Of a stretch of 64,000 nt of DNA, positions 51,401 to 60,900 are shown piece after piece. The translations under genes were made by a program, and so were the position numbers. The DNA is from Dehalococcoidia bacterium (GTDB lineage Bacteria > Chloroflexota > Dehalococcoidia > UBA2979), in NCBI GenBank assembly GCA_965262725.1, contig OZ253555.1, positions 480,001 to 544,000 on the forward strand. Direction: 5' to 3'. The notes below the pieces were generated by a model. That model ran no database searches. It was not told the DNA's origin and saw nothing but the letters and a program-made list of their open reading frames with translations. Numbering within the stretch: the stretch's first letter is position 1; each line of letters begins with the position of its first letter.

Positions 51401-54400
51401 ACGTCACCTCCTACGACCTTCGCCACATCCGCGACGACGCGACCGACTTCGCCGACGGCCGCTGGCGGGAGCTTCCCGGCGTCGGGAGCCTCACGGATCG
51501 GCAGCACACCGTGAGCGGGCTGGACGGGGACACGAAGTACCGGGTCGCCCTCCGGGCCCGGAACGCCGACGGCATCGGGCCCTGGTCTGACTTCGCCGCC
51601 GAGCAGACGGAGCAGGCAGTCCCGGGCAGCCCCCGCTCCGTATCGGTCGCCCCGCGCGACGCCGGCCTCGCGGTCTCGTGGCGCGTTCCGGGCTACGCCG
51701 GCGCCGGCACCCCGACGTCCTACGACGTCCGCTACATCCGGAGCGATGCCACCGACAAGGCCGACGCCTTCTGGAGCGTCGTGACCTTCGCCTGGAGGAC
51801 CGGCGACGGAGACCTCCGCTATGTGATCGGCGGCCTCGACCACACTCTCAGCTACGACGTGCAGGTGCTGGCACGCAACGACGCCGACGAGGGAGCGTGG
51901 TCCACAACCGCGACGGGGACGCCGGCCCGCCCCAACACCAACAGCCCCGCCGAGTTCCCGAACAGCGAGAGCGGCCAGCGCAGCGTGATCGAGAACACCC
52001 CGACCGGGCGGGACATCGGCGATCCCGTCGCCGCCCGCGACGACGACGGCGACACGCTGACGTACTCGCTGACCGCAGGCGCCGCCAACTTCGACATCGA
52101 CGAGCAGACCGGGCAGCTGCTGACGAAGGTCGCGCTCGACCGCGAGCGGACCGCGAGCTACCAGGCGACCGTCGCCGTCCACGACGGCAAGGCCGCAGAC
52201 GGCACGGCGAGCACCGCCACGGACGACACGATCCGCGTGACCATCACCATCGACGACGAGGACGAGCCGCCTGTGGTCATGGGCGGCACGACCCCCGTGG
52301 TCCGGGAGAACACCACCACCGTCGGCACCTACCGCGCGCGGGATCCCGAGCGTCGGGCGAACACCTTCACGTGGTCGCTGGGCGGCGACGACGCGAGCGC
52401 CTTCGCCCTCAGCGAGAACGGCGTGCTCACCTTCGACCCCGCCCCCGACTTCGAGGCGAGGGCGGACGCAGACCGCGACAACGCCTACGAGGTCACCATC
52501 GAAGCGAACGACGGCAGCCTGACCGGCGACCTGGACGTGCGGGTCAGAGTCGAGGGCGTCGACGAGCCGCCCGAGATCAGCGGCGACTCGAGTGTCGAGT
52601 TCGCGGAGAACGGCTCGACGCGCGTCGGCCGCTACACGGCCAGCGACCCGGAGGGAGCCGCCGTCTCCTGGCAGACGCTGGCCGGGCCGGAGGCGCGCTA
52701 CTTCACGTTCGACGCAGGCACCGGCAATCTGAGCTTCGCCGCCACGCCGGACTTTGAGGCCCGCAGCAGCGCGGTCTACCGGGTCACCGTGCGGGCCGCC
52801 GACGAGGGCAATCGGGTCGGCGGCCTGCCCGTGACCGTCACCCTGACCCCCGTCGATGAGCCGCCCGAGATCAGCGGGCCGGACGAGGTCACCCTCAACG
52901 AGGTCATCAACCCGACCCCGGGGCAGGTGGTGGCCGTCGGGAGTTACACCCGGCGCGATCCCGAGGGCTCCTCCACCAACTGGGGGTCGGTCGGGAGCGC
53001 CACGGTGCTCACCGGCGCCGACGCACGCGAGTTCGACTTCGACCAGCGCAGCGGCAGGCTCACCTTCCGGGCGCCGCCCGACTCCGAGAGCGGGAGCGCG
53101 TCGTACCAGGTCACGCTGAACGCCAACGACGGCGTGCTGAACGGCAGGCTCGAGGTGACCGTCCACGTCGCCAACCTCGACGAGCCCGGCGCGGTGACCC
53201 TCGACCGGAGAACCCCCGTCATCAACCGCACGGTCACGGCCACGCTTGAGGATGCCGACGGCGTGGTCAGCAAGAACTGGCAGTGGCAGCGCTCGCCGGG
53301 CCGCACGGGCCCCTGGTCGGATATCGACAGCGCCACCTCGCGCAGCTACACGCCCGCCCCCGACGACCGCGGCGCCTACCTGCGCGCGAGCGCCGAGTAC
53401 GAGGACGGCCACGGCGCGGGCAAGACGGCGCCGCCGGGCGTCTCGGAGTTCCCGGCCGCCAACGTCCGCACCTCGAACACGCCGCCGGTCCTCCCGGACG
53501 CGGTCGACGACATCTCCCTCCTGGAGAACACCCCGCGGGGGCGCACCGTCGGCACCGTGCGCGCCACCGACGCGGAGAACGACCCGCTGACCTACTCGCT
53601 CACCGGGGCAAGCGAGTTCGTGATCGGCCGCACGACCGGCCAGATCCGGGTCGCCCCCGGCGCGGTCTTCGACTTCGACTCCGGCCGGATCAGCTACTCT
53701 CTCATGGTCACCGCCAGGGACATCTTCGACGCCGCCGACTACGTCGACGTCACCATCACCCTCACCGGCGTGGACGAGCCGCCGGTGGCGGAGCCCGACG
53801 CCTCTTCGACGAACGAGGACGAGCCGGTCGTCATCGACGTGCTCTCGAACGACAGCGATCCGGAGGCCGCCGACCTGGCCGTCACGGCGGTGAGCCGGCC
53901 CGGCAGCGGCACGGCGACCGCAGGTCCCGGCAGCGGGGAGATCACCTACACCCCCCGCGCCGACTACCACGGCGCCGACGGCTTCCGCTACACGGTCTCC
54001 GACGGCGCCCTGCGGGACGAGGGCACGGTCTCCGTCACCATCCGGCCGGTGAACGACCCCCCGGAGTTCCCGCCGTCCGCGGCCGAGCGCTCCGTCGCCG
54101 AGTCCGCCGGCGCCGGCGAGCCGGTCGGCGCGCCCGTCGCGGCGACGGACCGCGACGGCGACGACCCGACCTACCGCCTCTCGGGCTCGGCGGACTTCGA
54201 GATCGCGGAGGACTCCGGCCAGATCACCGTGGGGGCCGGCACGGCCTTCGACGTGTCGATTCAGGAGACCTACACGGTGACCGTCGACGCGAGCGATGGG
54301 AACGGCGGCCGGGCGAGCGTCGAGGTCACCATCACCGTGACGACGCAGCCGGTCGGGCCGACGATCGTGTTCGGGGGTGGTGGGGGCGGCGGCCCCTCGG

Positions 54401-56035
54401 GCCCGACGCCCAGCGAGATCGAGTTCGAGTGGAACGTCACCCGCGACATCGAGGAGCTCGACGGCGGCCACGATGTCCCCACCGGCTCCTGGTCCGACGG
54501 CGCGACGCTCTGGCTCGCCGAGAACGGCGACGGCGCCGACGACGCGGTCTACGCCTACGACCTCGCCACGGGCGAACGCGTCGAGGAGCTCGAGTTCGAG
54601 CTCGACGACGCCAACCTCGCGCCCCGTGGGGTCTGGTCCGACCTCCGCACCATCTGGATCTCCGACAGCGGCAAGGACAAGCTCTTCGCACACGACCTCG
54701 CAAGCGGCGAGCGCCTCCCCGACTCCGATCTCGCACTGCACCCCGACAACGACGACCCGCGCGGCATCTGGTCGAACGGCCCGACGCTGTGGGTGCTCGA
54801 TGGCCGCGACAACGCCCTCTACGGCTACGACCTGGAGAGCGGCGAGCTGCTCGCGGGGTACGCCCTGGACGACGCCAACGACGACCCGCACGGCATCTGG
54901 TCCGACGGCACCTCCGTCTGGGTCTCCGATGACGTCGCCAAGCGCCTCTTCGCCTACCGCCTGCCCTCGCTCGAGGAGGAGGACACGAGCGCGGACGAGG
55001 AAGAGGACCTCGAGCTCGCGCGCGTGCGCGATGAGGAGTTCTGGAGGCTGAGCCGGGCCAGCAACAACAGCCCGCGCGGTCTCTGGTCCGACGGCGACGT
55101 GATGTACGTCGCCGACTCCAGCGACGGCAGGGTCTACAGCTACAACATGCCGGACGGGATCGACGCCCGGCTGGTATCGCTTGCGCTCAGCGATGTCGAG
55201 ATCGGCGAGTTCTCACCCGGCCAGACGGAATACGAGGGCGTCGCGAGTGAGGGCGCTACCGAGACGACGGTCGAGGCGGCCGCGGCGCGCCGCACGGCGG
55301 TCGCCATCGACCCCCCCGACGCGGACGAGGTCGCCGACGGCCACCAGGTGGCGCTGGACGGACTCGATGAGATCACGGTGACCGTGACCTCTCCCGACGA
55401 GAGCCGCAGGGGGGTCTACCTCGTGCGCATCGGCGCTGCGGCCGAGGCGGAGCGGTCGGCGGCGCCCTGCCTGAGCGGCGCCGTGGCGGTGAGCTTCAGC
55501 ATCCTCATCTACGAGGGGGGCGGCATCGGCGACCTGGTCGGCTGCGCGGAGAGCCGCCACGTCACGGCGCTCTACGCGCTCGAGGGCGGCGCCTACGTGC
55601 CCTACATCCTCGGGGCGCCCCAGTTCGTGAACAGGCCCTTCATCGAGCTGTACGCGGAGGGCGTCCCGGCCGTGACGCTCTTCATCGCCGGAAGCGACGG
55701 ACCGGCCACGGCCGACCCGGCGAGCGACGGCGGCGCGGCGCAGTCCTGGCCGGAGTGCCTGCGCGGCGAGATCGCCACGGGCTTCAGCCTCGTGCTCTAC
55801 GAGGGCGGGAGCGTCGAGGAGGTCGGCGCCGTGCGTGCAGGGCCGCGGCGTTACGGCGCTCTACGCGCTCGAGGGCGGCGTCTACGCGGCGTACATCCTC
55901 GGGGCGCCCGAGTTCGTGAATCGGCCGTTCTTCGAGCTGTTCGCGGACGGCCTGGCCCCGATGACACCGCTGATCGCCAAGAGCGAGGGGCCGCCGGCCG
56001 CGGTCGCGGATCGCGGGGACGTGCCCGACAACTGA
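48427..56035 (+). CDS. Giant secreted kexin-like S8 serine protease with Fn3, PPC, P-domain, cadherin/Ig repeats, propeller and paired C-terminal domains (frameshift near 55830)
   Basis: Triad LVDDG / HGTAVAG / GGTSAATP, AAGNG, LTWRDV, YGFG, P-domain (DLQIELVSPAG...GTWTLRVTD). The true C-terminus continues in the 55835..56035 frame. Confidence 0.88.
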
Positions 56036-56429
56036 GAAGGAGCGACCGGCTGCCGACGCCGGACGCCGGACGGTTCGGCAGCAGGCGGGACTCTCAGAGG
56101 CGCTCGCGAAGAGGGTCCGGTCAGGTTGTGCCGGGGAGCCGCTGCCCCGCTGACTCCGGGCTCCAGGCAACCGGGAATCGTGTGTCGTGGCGTCGCTCCG
56201 CGCCGTGCGCCGTCACAGCTGGGGCGATCACTGGGTGCACATCGGGCGCGAGCAAATCCGCCATCATCACCTCTTCGCGCTTGACACGCATGCGCGGAGG
56301 CTGGCGATGCGGGGAGATGTGCGCGCGGCCCGGTGACCTCGCCCGGCGGCACGACGACAGGAGGATCGATCGTAGACTCGACACCTTGCTCTGGTGGATT
56401 GAGCCGCCGCGCCGGGGAAGGAACGACTG

Positions 56430-57446
56430 GTGTCCGCGTCCGCGCCGCCGTCTCCCTCGCCGACGCCGTCGGCATCTGCCCCCGCTCCGCTCTGGCGGCG
56501 GGCGCCCGTGCTGGCGCTCGTCGTGGCGCGGCGCGCGACCGCGAACTTCATCAGTGTCGGCGCCGCGCAGATCGCGGCGGGCATCTCCTACTACGCTCTC
56601 ATCTCGCTGTTCCCGCTGGCGTTGCTGGCGTTCTCGGCGTTCGGCCTCGTGCTCCGCGACGAAGAGCTGCAGCAGCGCGTGCTCGACGGGATCGTCGCGG
56701 GGATCCCGGTGGAGGCGCCGATCGTCGAGGAGGCCCTCGCCGCGCTCGCGAGCGGCGGAGCCACCATCGGGCTGGTGGCGCTGGTCGCCACGATATGGAC
56801 GGGGAGCGCCCTCGCCGCCGCGCTGCGCAGGGCACTCAACACCATCTTCGAGGTGGACCGGGCCCGCCCGTTCGTGCAGGGCAAGCTCGTCGACGTCACG
56901 ATCGCGCCGGTGCTCGGGTTCCTGCTGCTCGTGTCGCTCGTGCTGACGACGGGGTGGCGTCTCGCGCAGGCCGAGGCGGTGGACTTCGGGATCCTGCGGG
57001 AGCAGGGGTTCGTCTGGGAGCTCGGCGCAGTCGGAATCACCGGACTGATCAGCTTCCTCGCGTTTCTCTTCCTCTACTGGCTGCTCCCGAACTCCTCGCT
57101 GAGGCCGCGCTACCTCTGGCCCGGGGCGTTGCTCACCGCGGTGGGGTTCGAGGCGGTCAAGTTCGGGTTTGCGGCCTACCTGGCGCACTTCGGCAACTAC
57201 GACGTGATCTACGGCTCGCTCGGAGGCGTCATCGCGATGCTGGTCTGGGTCTTCGTCAGCGTCAACATCATGCTCCTTGGCGCCGCGGTCTCAGCGGAGA
57301 TCCCGCGAGCGTTGCGGGGGGAGGATCGTCCCGGAGACGAGAGCGCGCGCGATGTGCGCTGGCGGGAGTCGGCGCTCCTGCTGCTGCGCGGGCTGTTCTT
57401 CGGACCAGACGAGTCGACACCGGAGCCGCGGAGCCGGGGCCGCTGA
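56430..57446 (+). CDS. YihY/virulence factor BrkB family membrane protein
   Basis: AAGISYYALISLFP, ALNTIF, LYWLLP, WPGA, YGSLGG..LVW. Confidence 0.9.
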   Translation: MSASAPPSPSPTPSASAPAPLWRRAPVLALVVARRATANFISVGAAQIAAGISYYALISLFPLALLAFSAFGLVLRDEELQQRVLDGIVAGIPVEAPIVEEALAALASGGATIGLVALVATIWTGSALAAALRRALNTIFEVDRARPFVQGKLVDVTIAPVLGFLLLVSLVLTTGWRLAQAEAVDFGILREQGFVWELGAVGITGLISFLAFLFLYWLLPNSSLRPRYLWPGALLTAVGFEAVKFGFAAYLAHFGNYDVIYGSLGGVIAMLVWVFVSVNIMLLGAAVSAEIPRALRGEDRPGDESARDVRWRESALLLLRGLFFGPDESTPEPRSRGR

Positions 57447-57500
57447 GCGGGCCGCGGCGGCTCCGCGGCCGCTCGACGGCGCCGAGGCGGTCGATCGCCT

Positions 57501-59415
57501 CTATGCGAGAGTGAGTACCGTGGCCGGATTGTCCACAGTTATCGCTTGAATCACGTCTTCCGAGAATCCCTTGCGTCGCATTCTGGGAACGATGTTCTCG
57601 AGGATGTGGCCGTGTGCGTCCGGAAGTCGAAGGGGTGGTGACGTGATGACGTGACCGGTCCGGAGACATGCTCGTTGCTGCCAGCCGGTGAGAGTCCGGC
57701 ACGGGTAACTGTCAGGAGGCCCGTTAGCAGGTCGGCGGCGTGGACGGGAAACGGTCTGCGTCGAAGCCCGACGTCAAGAGCCCTATGAGGGGGAGCAAAC
57801 GTGCGGTCCGCAGCATGACGCGAAGTCTGCCGCGCCGTGAGACTCGCCTGTCTATTGACAGGACCAAGGAGGAGCCGAGCCCGGGTGGTCAGGGCGAAGG
57901 CCATGGACGAGGTGAAGATCCTGGAATGCAGCCTCAAGAAACCTCCCGGCGTATGGGACGTGGAACGTACGGAAGGTAGCGACGGGAACCGGAGAAGCCC
58001 TCCCCGGCCCGGCACCCTGTGAGAGGGCGTCGGAGCGAGGCGTCCTATAACCGGTCAGAGCCGGGAAGTGGACAGCCAGCCGGAAGGGTGGCGGAGGGGG
58101 TCGTAGTACCGCTGGAGCCGGACGGACAACATAACCGCCGGTGATGGGAAGGACCCCTACTTTGTCCGTGCATGTTGCTGGGGGTGTGGACTGGTGAGTG
58201 CCCCTCGGGGCTAGCAACCACTTGGTAGGGTTCGAGGCTCTCCGCACATGCTGTACCGGCTGGCCAAGGCACGACCCACGTTGTGGGGAGCGCTGCATGC
58301 CATCTGGTGAAGGGCATCGGTGAGCCGGATGAGGGAGAACCTCACGTCCGGTTCGATGTGGCAGGGGCTGGAGACGGACGCTGCTATGGCCGTGGAGTTG
58401 GGCACCACCGGGAAACCGGCTTGGAACTGATGCGCCACCGCCTACGGCTCGCACCGCGCCAGCCCCTGACCCTACAGCCGTGTCCTCCGTATCTGACAAG
58501 TCGGTGCTTCATGCAAATGTCCTGACCGATAACGATTCTATCGGAATAGCCGGCGTCGGCGATGTACCGAATGAAGCCCAGCCTCTGGGCGTCGCTCGGC
58601 ATATCGATGTCGGCGAGTGGGTAGTACGATCCTTCATTGCCGAACAGGTCCCATTCAAGGTAACAGCCTGACGCGGCAATACTCAGAAGCGTGTCGAACT
58701 CAAACACGGTTCGATCCAGATGTCCCACGATCACCCGGGACAGATCCGCGCCGCCGTATTCGAGCACCTCCAGGATCTCCAACGGTGCATCCGGATGCCG
58801 CCCTGGATGGATCAATATCGCCGCACCCGTGTCTCTCTGCGCGATTGCCGCCGCCGACAGGGACTTGCGCTCGTTTGGCGCCAGGGGCCACGTGCAGCCA
58901 ATCTCCCCGATGATGCCCGCCTTGATGCCGCTGCCTCCAACGCCGTCACAGATATCGCCGGTAATCTCCCGCGCCAGATCCTCCGCGGCCCGCTCATCCA
59001 TATCTTCTGGATGGACGGCTGCGACGTAGAAGCCCGCACCCATGATGATGTGGACGCCCGATGCACGCGATATGTGGGCCAGCGCATCCGGCGAGCGTCC
59101 CATTCCCATCGAGGTGGCGTCGACAATGGCGCCGCCTCCGGCTTCGCTGAACTTGCTGACTTCTCCTATCGTTGTGTCCACATCCATCAACTGAAGGTTG
59201 GAGCGGTTGCTGTAGTAGTTGCGCCGTATCCATCCGATGTTGTCCAGGGCTATGGGCGCATCCGCCAGCTCCTGCGACGGCGAGTCCCGGGCGGGGCGAT
59301 ACATGAACGAGAAGTCGATATAGAGGTGTTCATGGGTCGTCGTGGCACCCAGTTCGGACGGGGGTACAGGGCCCAGCACGGTCTGGACGAGACCCCGATT
59401 TCGTTCTGATCCCAC
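57501..59415 (-). pseudogene. Phosphotriesterase-family (Php-like) amidohydrolase split by an antisense group II intron
   Basis: Segment 59415-58476 (QTVLGP, THEHL, GIIGEIG, IHPG, GHLDR, GQD) plus 57613-57501 join in frame as YGGHGY-GHILENIVPRM...DNPATVLTLA* (1053 nt). Confidence 0.9.
57614..58475 (+). mobile_element. ORF-less group II intron (862 nt)
   Basis: 5' GTGCG; domain V GAGCCGGATGAGGGAGAACCTCACGTCCGGTTC (58322-54); domain VI CAGGGGCTGG...CCAGCCCCTGACCCTAC with bulged A 58469 and 3' AC; exact excision restores the host ORF with no TSD. Confidence 0.93.
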
Positions 59416-59583
59416 GTCCCCACTCCCTGTAGTATCGTCGCCGGAAAGGTAGCACGGCCCGTTTGGGGGCGTACAACCGGCGTCCGACAACGCCCGGACG
59501 ATGGGGCATTCCGCCCGCGAATGTCCTCACGACAACCATCACCACAGGGGCGCTGAAGAACCAGGGCGAGGGAGGTCTCAGAT

Positions 59584-60717
59584 ATGAGATTCGCGGCGTT
59601 CACGACGGTGGCGGCGTCCGCCGGGGAGGCCACCAACGCCGAGCAGATGATCGACAACCTCAGGCAGCAGACGATTCTGGCCGAGGAGCTCGGCTTCGAG
59701 ACCATGTGGCTCGGAGAACACCACTTTGGACCCTATGGAGTCGGCGACTTGCCGAACCCGATTCTGCTCGGCGCAGACCTCGCGGCGCGAACGTCCAGGA
59801 TTCGGATCGGGCAGATGGCGAACATCGCTCCGTGGTGGCATCCCATACGGCTGGCCGAAGACCTTGCGATCCTGGACAACATGACCCGAGGGCGCGTGGA
59901 GGTTGGCTTCGGCAGGGGAATCTGGCCGTATGAGGGTCCACAGTTCCATCCTCACGCGGACCCTCGCAGGGATCAGGAGAGCAGGGAGCTGTTCCGGGAG
60001 ACGGTGGATATAGTGCGCGAGATATGGAGCAACGAGTACTTCTCGTACGACGGGAACAACTACACGTTTCCAGTCGACGGCACCGTCTTCTCCCATCCGC
60101 GCTACCCGTCGAATCCCGCCTGGCAGGAGGGTGAGAAGGTCACGAAGCTCCGGGTGACGCCGGCGCCCTACCAGAAGCCGCACCCGCCGCTGTGGATGAC
60201 CGTTTCCACGGACCGTTCTGTGACAACAGCGGCCGAACTCGGACTGAAGGCGTGCTACTGGCAGCCTCCCGCTCTCAGAATCAAGCAGCGAATGGAACTC
60301 TACGCGCAGGTCAGGAGCGAGCGCGACGGGAGACCCTTCCGCGTGGGAGAAGACCAGGCGGTCATGCGCTCCACGTACGTCGCCTCGTCCATGGAGGAGG
60401 CGCGCCGGGATGCGGAACAGGGGATCATGTCCTCCTTCATCTTCAATGATCCCTTTCGCGGCAGGCAGGTCTTCACCAACCCGGGCGAGGTCCTGGACCC
60501 CGGCGTGAATCTGGACTGGGATTTCCTGGAGCCGCGCACCCTGCTTGTCGGCTCCCCCGAGAATGTGGTGGAGAAGGTTCACGAGTTGCAGGAGGTATGC
60601 AACCTGGAATATCTGCTCGTCGAGTTCGCGCACATGGGGATTCCGTTACGTAAGACCCTGAAGAACCTGGAGACCTTTGCCACCGAGGTGATGCCGCGAT
60701 TCGTCAGTGACGGCTGA
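59584..60717 (+). CDS. LLM-class flavin-dependent oxidoreductase
   Basis: AEELGF..MWLGEHHF, TSRIRIG, HPIRLAED, GRVEVGFGRG, PYQKPHPP, VGSPE, FATEVMP. Confidence 0.92.
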   Translation: MRFAAFTTVAASAGEATNAEQMIDNLRQQTILAEELGFETMWLGEHHFGPYGVGDLPNPILLGADLAARTSRIRIGQMANIAPWWHPIRLAEDLAILDNMTRGRVEVGFGRGIWPYEGPQFHPHADPRRDQESRELFRETVDIVREIWSNEYFSYDGNNYTFPVDGTVFSHPRYPSNPAWQEGEKVTKLRVTPAPYQKPHPPLWMTVSTDRSVTTAAELGLKACYWQPPALRIKQRMELYAQVRSERDGRPFRVGEDQAVMRSTYVASSMEEARRDAEQGIMSSFIFNDPFRGRQVFTNPGEVLDPGVNLDWDFLEPRTLLVGSPENVVEKVHELQEVCNLEYLLVEFAHMGIPLRKTLKNLETFATEVMPRFVSDG

Positions 60718-60900
60718 AGCGCGCACGGAGGAGACGCCCCTCCGGCTGGCGCCCCGGACTCAACCCCTCGCATAGGGACGGCGACGCCGTGGGACAGGCC
60801 GTTCGCGCACGCGGCGGACGTGTCGCCGGCGGCTGGCGGCGGTCCGGCATCCCGGGCGGCTCGTCGTGCGCGGGGCGCTGTCGGCTTGCTCCGCCGACTC

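Noticed and set aside
56281-56310. TTGACA upstream of yihY as a promoter
   Set aside because: No acceptable -10 hexamer at 16-18 nt spacing.
55830-56946. C-terminal part of the 2839-aa ORF as real protein
   Set aside because: Out-of-frame read-through; the conserved repeat continues in another frame ending at 56035, and the tail overlaps yihY.
58387-58394. TGGCCGTG in intron domain VI matching the 5' exon junction
   Set aside because: An 8-nt match in GC-rich DNA is plausible by chance, and it lies inside the DVI stem, so it is not a TSD.
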